Positions 15,403-17,138 of a DNA stretch of 17,138 nucleotides are shown piece after piece. Below the pieces are notes generated by a model that saw only the letters and a program-made list of their open reading frames with translations, had not been told where the DNA came from and searched no databases. The DNA is from Candidatus Eiseniibacteriota bacterium (lineage in GTDB: Bacteria > Eisenbacteria > RBG-16-71-46 > JABDJR01 > JAWXBZ01). The position numbers and the translations under genes are program-made. Position 1 is the first letter of the stretch. Every line of letters begins with the position of its first letter. The stretch lies in assembly GCA_034440375.1 (NCBI GenBank), contig JAWXBZ010000029.1:1-17138 (forward strand). The letters run 5' to 3'.

Positions 15403-17138
15403 TTGGAGAAGGTCGTCAGCATCAAGCGAAAAGCCCAGCGCTTCGTCCAGGCCGGTGATCTCACCAAGGCGATCACCGAATACGACAAGCTGGTCGAAAG
15501 CGGCGATCTGGAGCCGTACGACTATCTCCAGATCGGCGACCTGCTCACCCGGATGCGCCGCATGGACGATGCCGTGCTTCGCTACCGCGACGCGGTGGCA
15601 GCCTACGAACGCGTCGGCCTCTACAAGAACGCCATCGCCATCTCCAAGAAGCTGCTCCGGGTTCGCCCCGAGGCCTACGATATTCTGCGCACCCTGGGTG
15701 GGCTCTACGCGCTCGAGGGGCTCCAAACGGACGCCATATTCTATTTTCTGCAGTACATGACCTCGGCTCCGCCCGACCGCGAGACCGCAGGGATCCAGGA
15801 GGTCGGCGTGCGGCTGCTTTCCATGTCACTTCCGAGTGCGGATGTTGCCTTCCGGGTTGTCGATGTCATGCATGCCGCCGGTTGCGACGTGGCGGGGGCC
15901 CGCCCGCTCTACGATCTTGGACTCGAATTCGAGGGGCAGGGGCGCAAGGAATGGGGGCAGGCCCTGAAGGGGCGTGCATCGCAGATCGTGCCAAATGTCG
16001 ACCAGCAGGAAGCCTCGAGCCGGGTGGCAAAGGCGGAGGAGGCTTTGTCCGGGCCGCCGGACGCTCTTTCCTCATTCGCCATGTCGGCCGAGGATGCCGT
16101 ATTTGCCCCGCCCCTCCAGATGAACCCGGAGTCGATGCCGGGAGCTCCCTCGGCGCTACCGCCTGATCATGAAATGGATTTCGGGATGATCGATCTGGGC
16201 GTACCGTCGGCTCCGCCCAGTGGAGCGGTGGGCGCCTCCCGTGGCTATTCGCGGAGCGACCTCCTGGCTACGCCGTTTGCCGATGAGTTCGTGCCCGGTG
16301 AGCCCGATGAACTCTGCCGACAGGCCGAGGAACGCCTGGCAGATGACGACCTGTCCGGCGCCCTGGCAGCCTGGCTGGCCGCCGCTCGAAGCGCATTCAA
16401 CTTTGGCCAGAGCAAGCGGGCCGAGGAGATCTACCTCCAGATTGTCGGCAGGGACCCCAACCATCTCGAAGCCCTTCAGGGACTGACCGAGATTGCCCAC
16501 ATCAACGGCGAACGGCAGAAAATCGTCCGGTTCGGCTGCGAGCTGGGGGATGTGCTCCTGGCCCGCGAGCTGTACGGCGAGGCCAAGCTCGAATTCGAGC
16601 GTGTCCTCCAGTTCGATCCGGGCAACGAGAAGGCGAAATCGCGCGTCAGCCGCCTCAACAGCATCGAGGGAATGGACAAGGTGACGGCCAGACCCCTCGC
16701 TCCGGTGGCCAGTGAAGTCATGGGCGCGACGATCACGGTCCGGGGCGAACCGGTTCAGATGCAGACGGTCAACGATCTGTCCGAGATTCTTTTTGAGTTC
16801 GAGAAGGCGATGTCGGCCCAGGTGCCTGCCGATGATGCTCAGAGTCAGTACGACCTTGGCATGGCCTATGTCGAGATGGGCATGAACGACCAGGCCATCG
16901 AAATGTTCACGGCCGCCGCTGCTTCACCAGGCTTTCAGGTGCGCGCCCTAGAGATGGTGGCTCGTTGCCAGATCGAGGCCGGTCGCCCCGAGGTGGCCAT
17001 TGACGCCCTCGATCAGGCCCTGGCCGCCGAGTCGGATGACGCCTCGCGCGAGGCGGCGCTCCACTCGTGGCGCGGCCTTGCCCTTGAACAGATTGGTTAC
17101 CCGACGGAAGCAGCCCAGGAGTTCCAGCGGGCTCTCTC
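15403..17138 (+). CDS. Multi-TPR protein, SgmX-like (truncated by the window edge; absent from the ORF track)
   Basis: My translation from the TTG at 15403 has no stop before the window end: MEKVVSIKRKAQRFVQAGDLTKAITEYDKL...IGDLLTR...GLYKNAIAISKKLLR...; a Pro/acidic linker; ...ILFEFEKAMSAQVPADDAQSQYDLGMAYVEMGMNDQAIEMF.... An alternative in-frame ATG lies at 15310. Confidence 0.88.
   Translation, partial: MEKVVSIKRKAQRFVQAGDLTKAITEYDKLVESGDLEPYDYLQIGDLLTRMRRMDDAVLRYRDAVAAYERVGLYKNAIAISKKLLRVRPEAYDILRTLGGLYALEGLQTDAIFYFLQYMTSAPPDRETAGIQEVGVRLLSMSLPSADVAFRVVDVMHAAGCDVAGARPLYDLGLEFEGQGRKEWGQALKGRASQIVPNVDQQEASSRVAKAEEALSGPPDALSSFAMSAEDAVFAPPLQMNPESMPGAPSALPPDHEMDFGMIDLGVPSAPPSGAVGASRGYSRSDLLATPFADEFVPGEPDELCRQAEERLADDDLSGALAAWLAAARSAFNFGQSKRAEEIYLQIVGRDPNHLEALQGLTEIAHINGERQKIVRFGCELGDVLLARELYGEAKLEFERVLQFDPGNEKAKSRVSRLNSIEGMDKVTARPLAPVASEVMGATITVRGEPVQMQTVNDLSEILFEFEKAMSAQVPADDAQSQYDLGMAYVEMGMNDQAIEMFTAAAASPGFQVRALEMVARCQIEAGRPEVAIDALDQALAAESDDASREAALHSWRGLALEQIGYPTEAAQEFQRAL

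Noticed and set aside
13686-15488. Several 200-300 aa minus-strand ORFs
   Set aside because: Antisense shadows of ftcd and the TPR gene.
1-17138. CRISPR arrays, tRNA/rRNA, IS elements, defence or phage genes
   Set aside because: No repeat-spacer pattern, RNA gene signature, transposase/integrase motif or obvious compositional shift seen by eye.

Overview
High-GC bacterial chromosomal window with 13 protein-coding genes. I saw no rRNA, tRNA, CRISPR array or mobile element. In order: a minus-strand operon (DUF885 gluzincin-like protein, M2/M3 metallopeptidase, PIN-PhoH ATPase); an SGNH-fold protein that appears to have lost all catalytic residues; lemA-htpX; a MATE transporter; a divergent module of DUF4331(+FlgD-Ig/T9SS-like C-terminal domain) and DUF4198 facing a SigK-like ECF sigma factor and RskA-like anti-sigma; a fused formiminotransferase-cyclodeaminase; and an SgmX-like TPR gene that runs off the right edge and is missing from the ORF track. 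The best candidate for an undescribed system is the ECF module. Two back-to-back copies of the same promoter-like motif (AATCCA-N15-CGTA) point at the sigma/anti-sigma operon and at the DUF4331-DUF4198 operon. Both secreted targets would expose N-terminal His metal-binding motifs after signal cleavage (S-S-H, ATCUN-like; His1). Family calls come from motif recognition, not database searches. The lineage guess (FCB-affiliated, e.g. Eisenbacteria/Krumholzibacteriota-like) is inference only.
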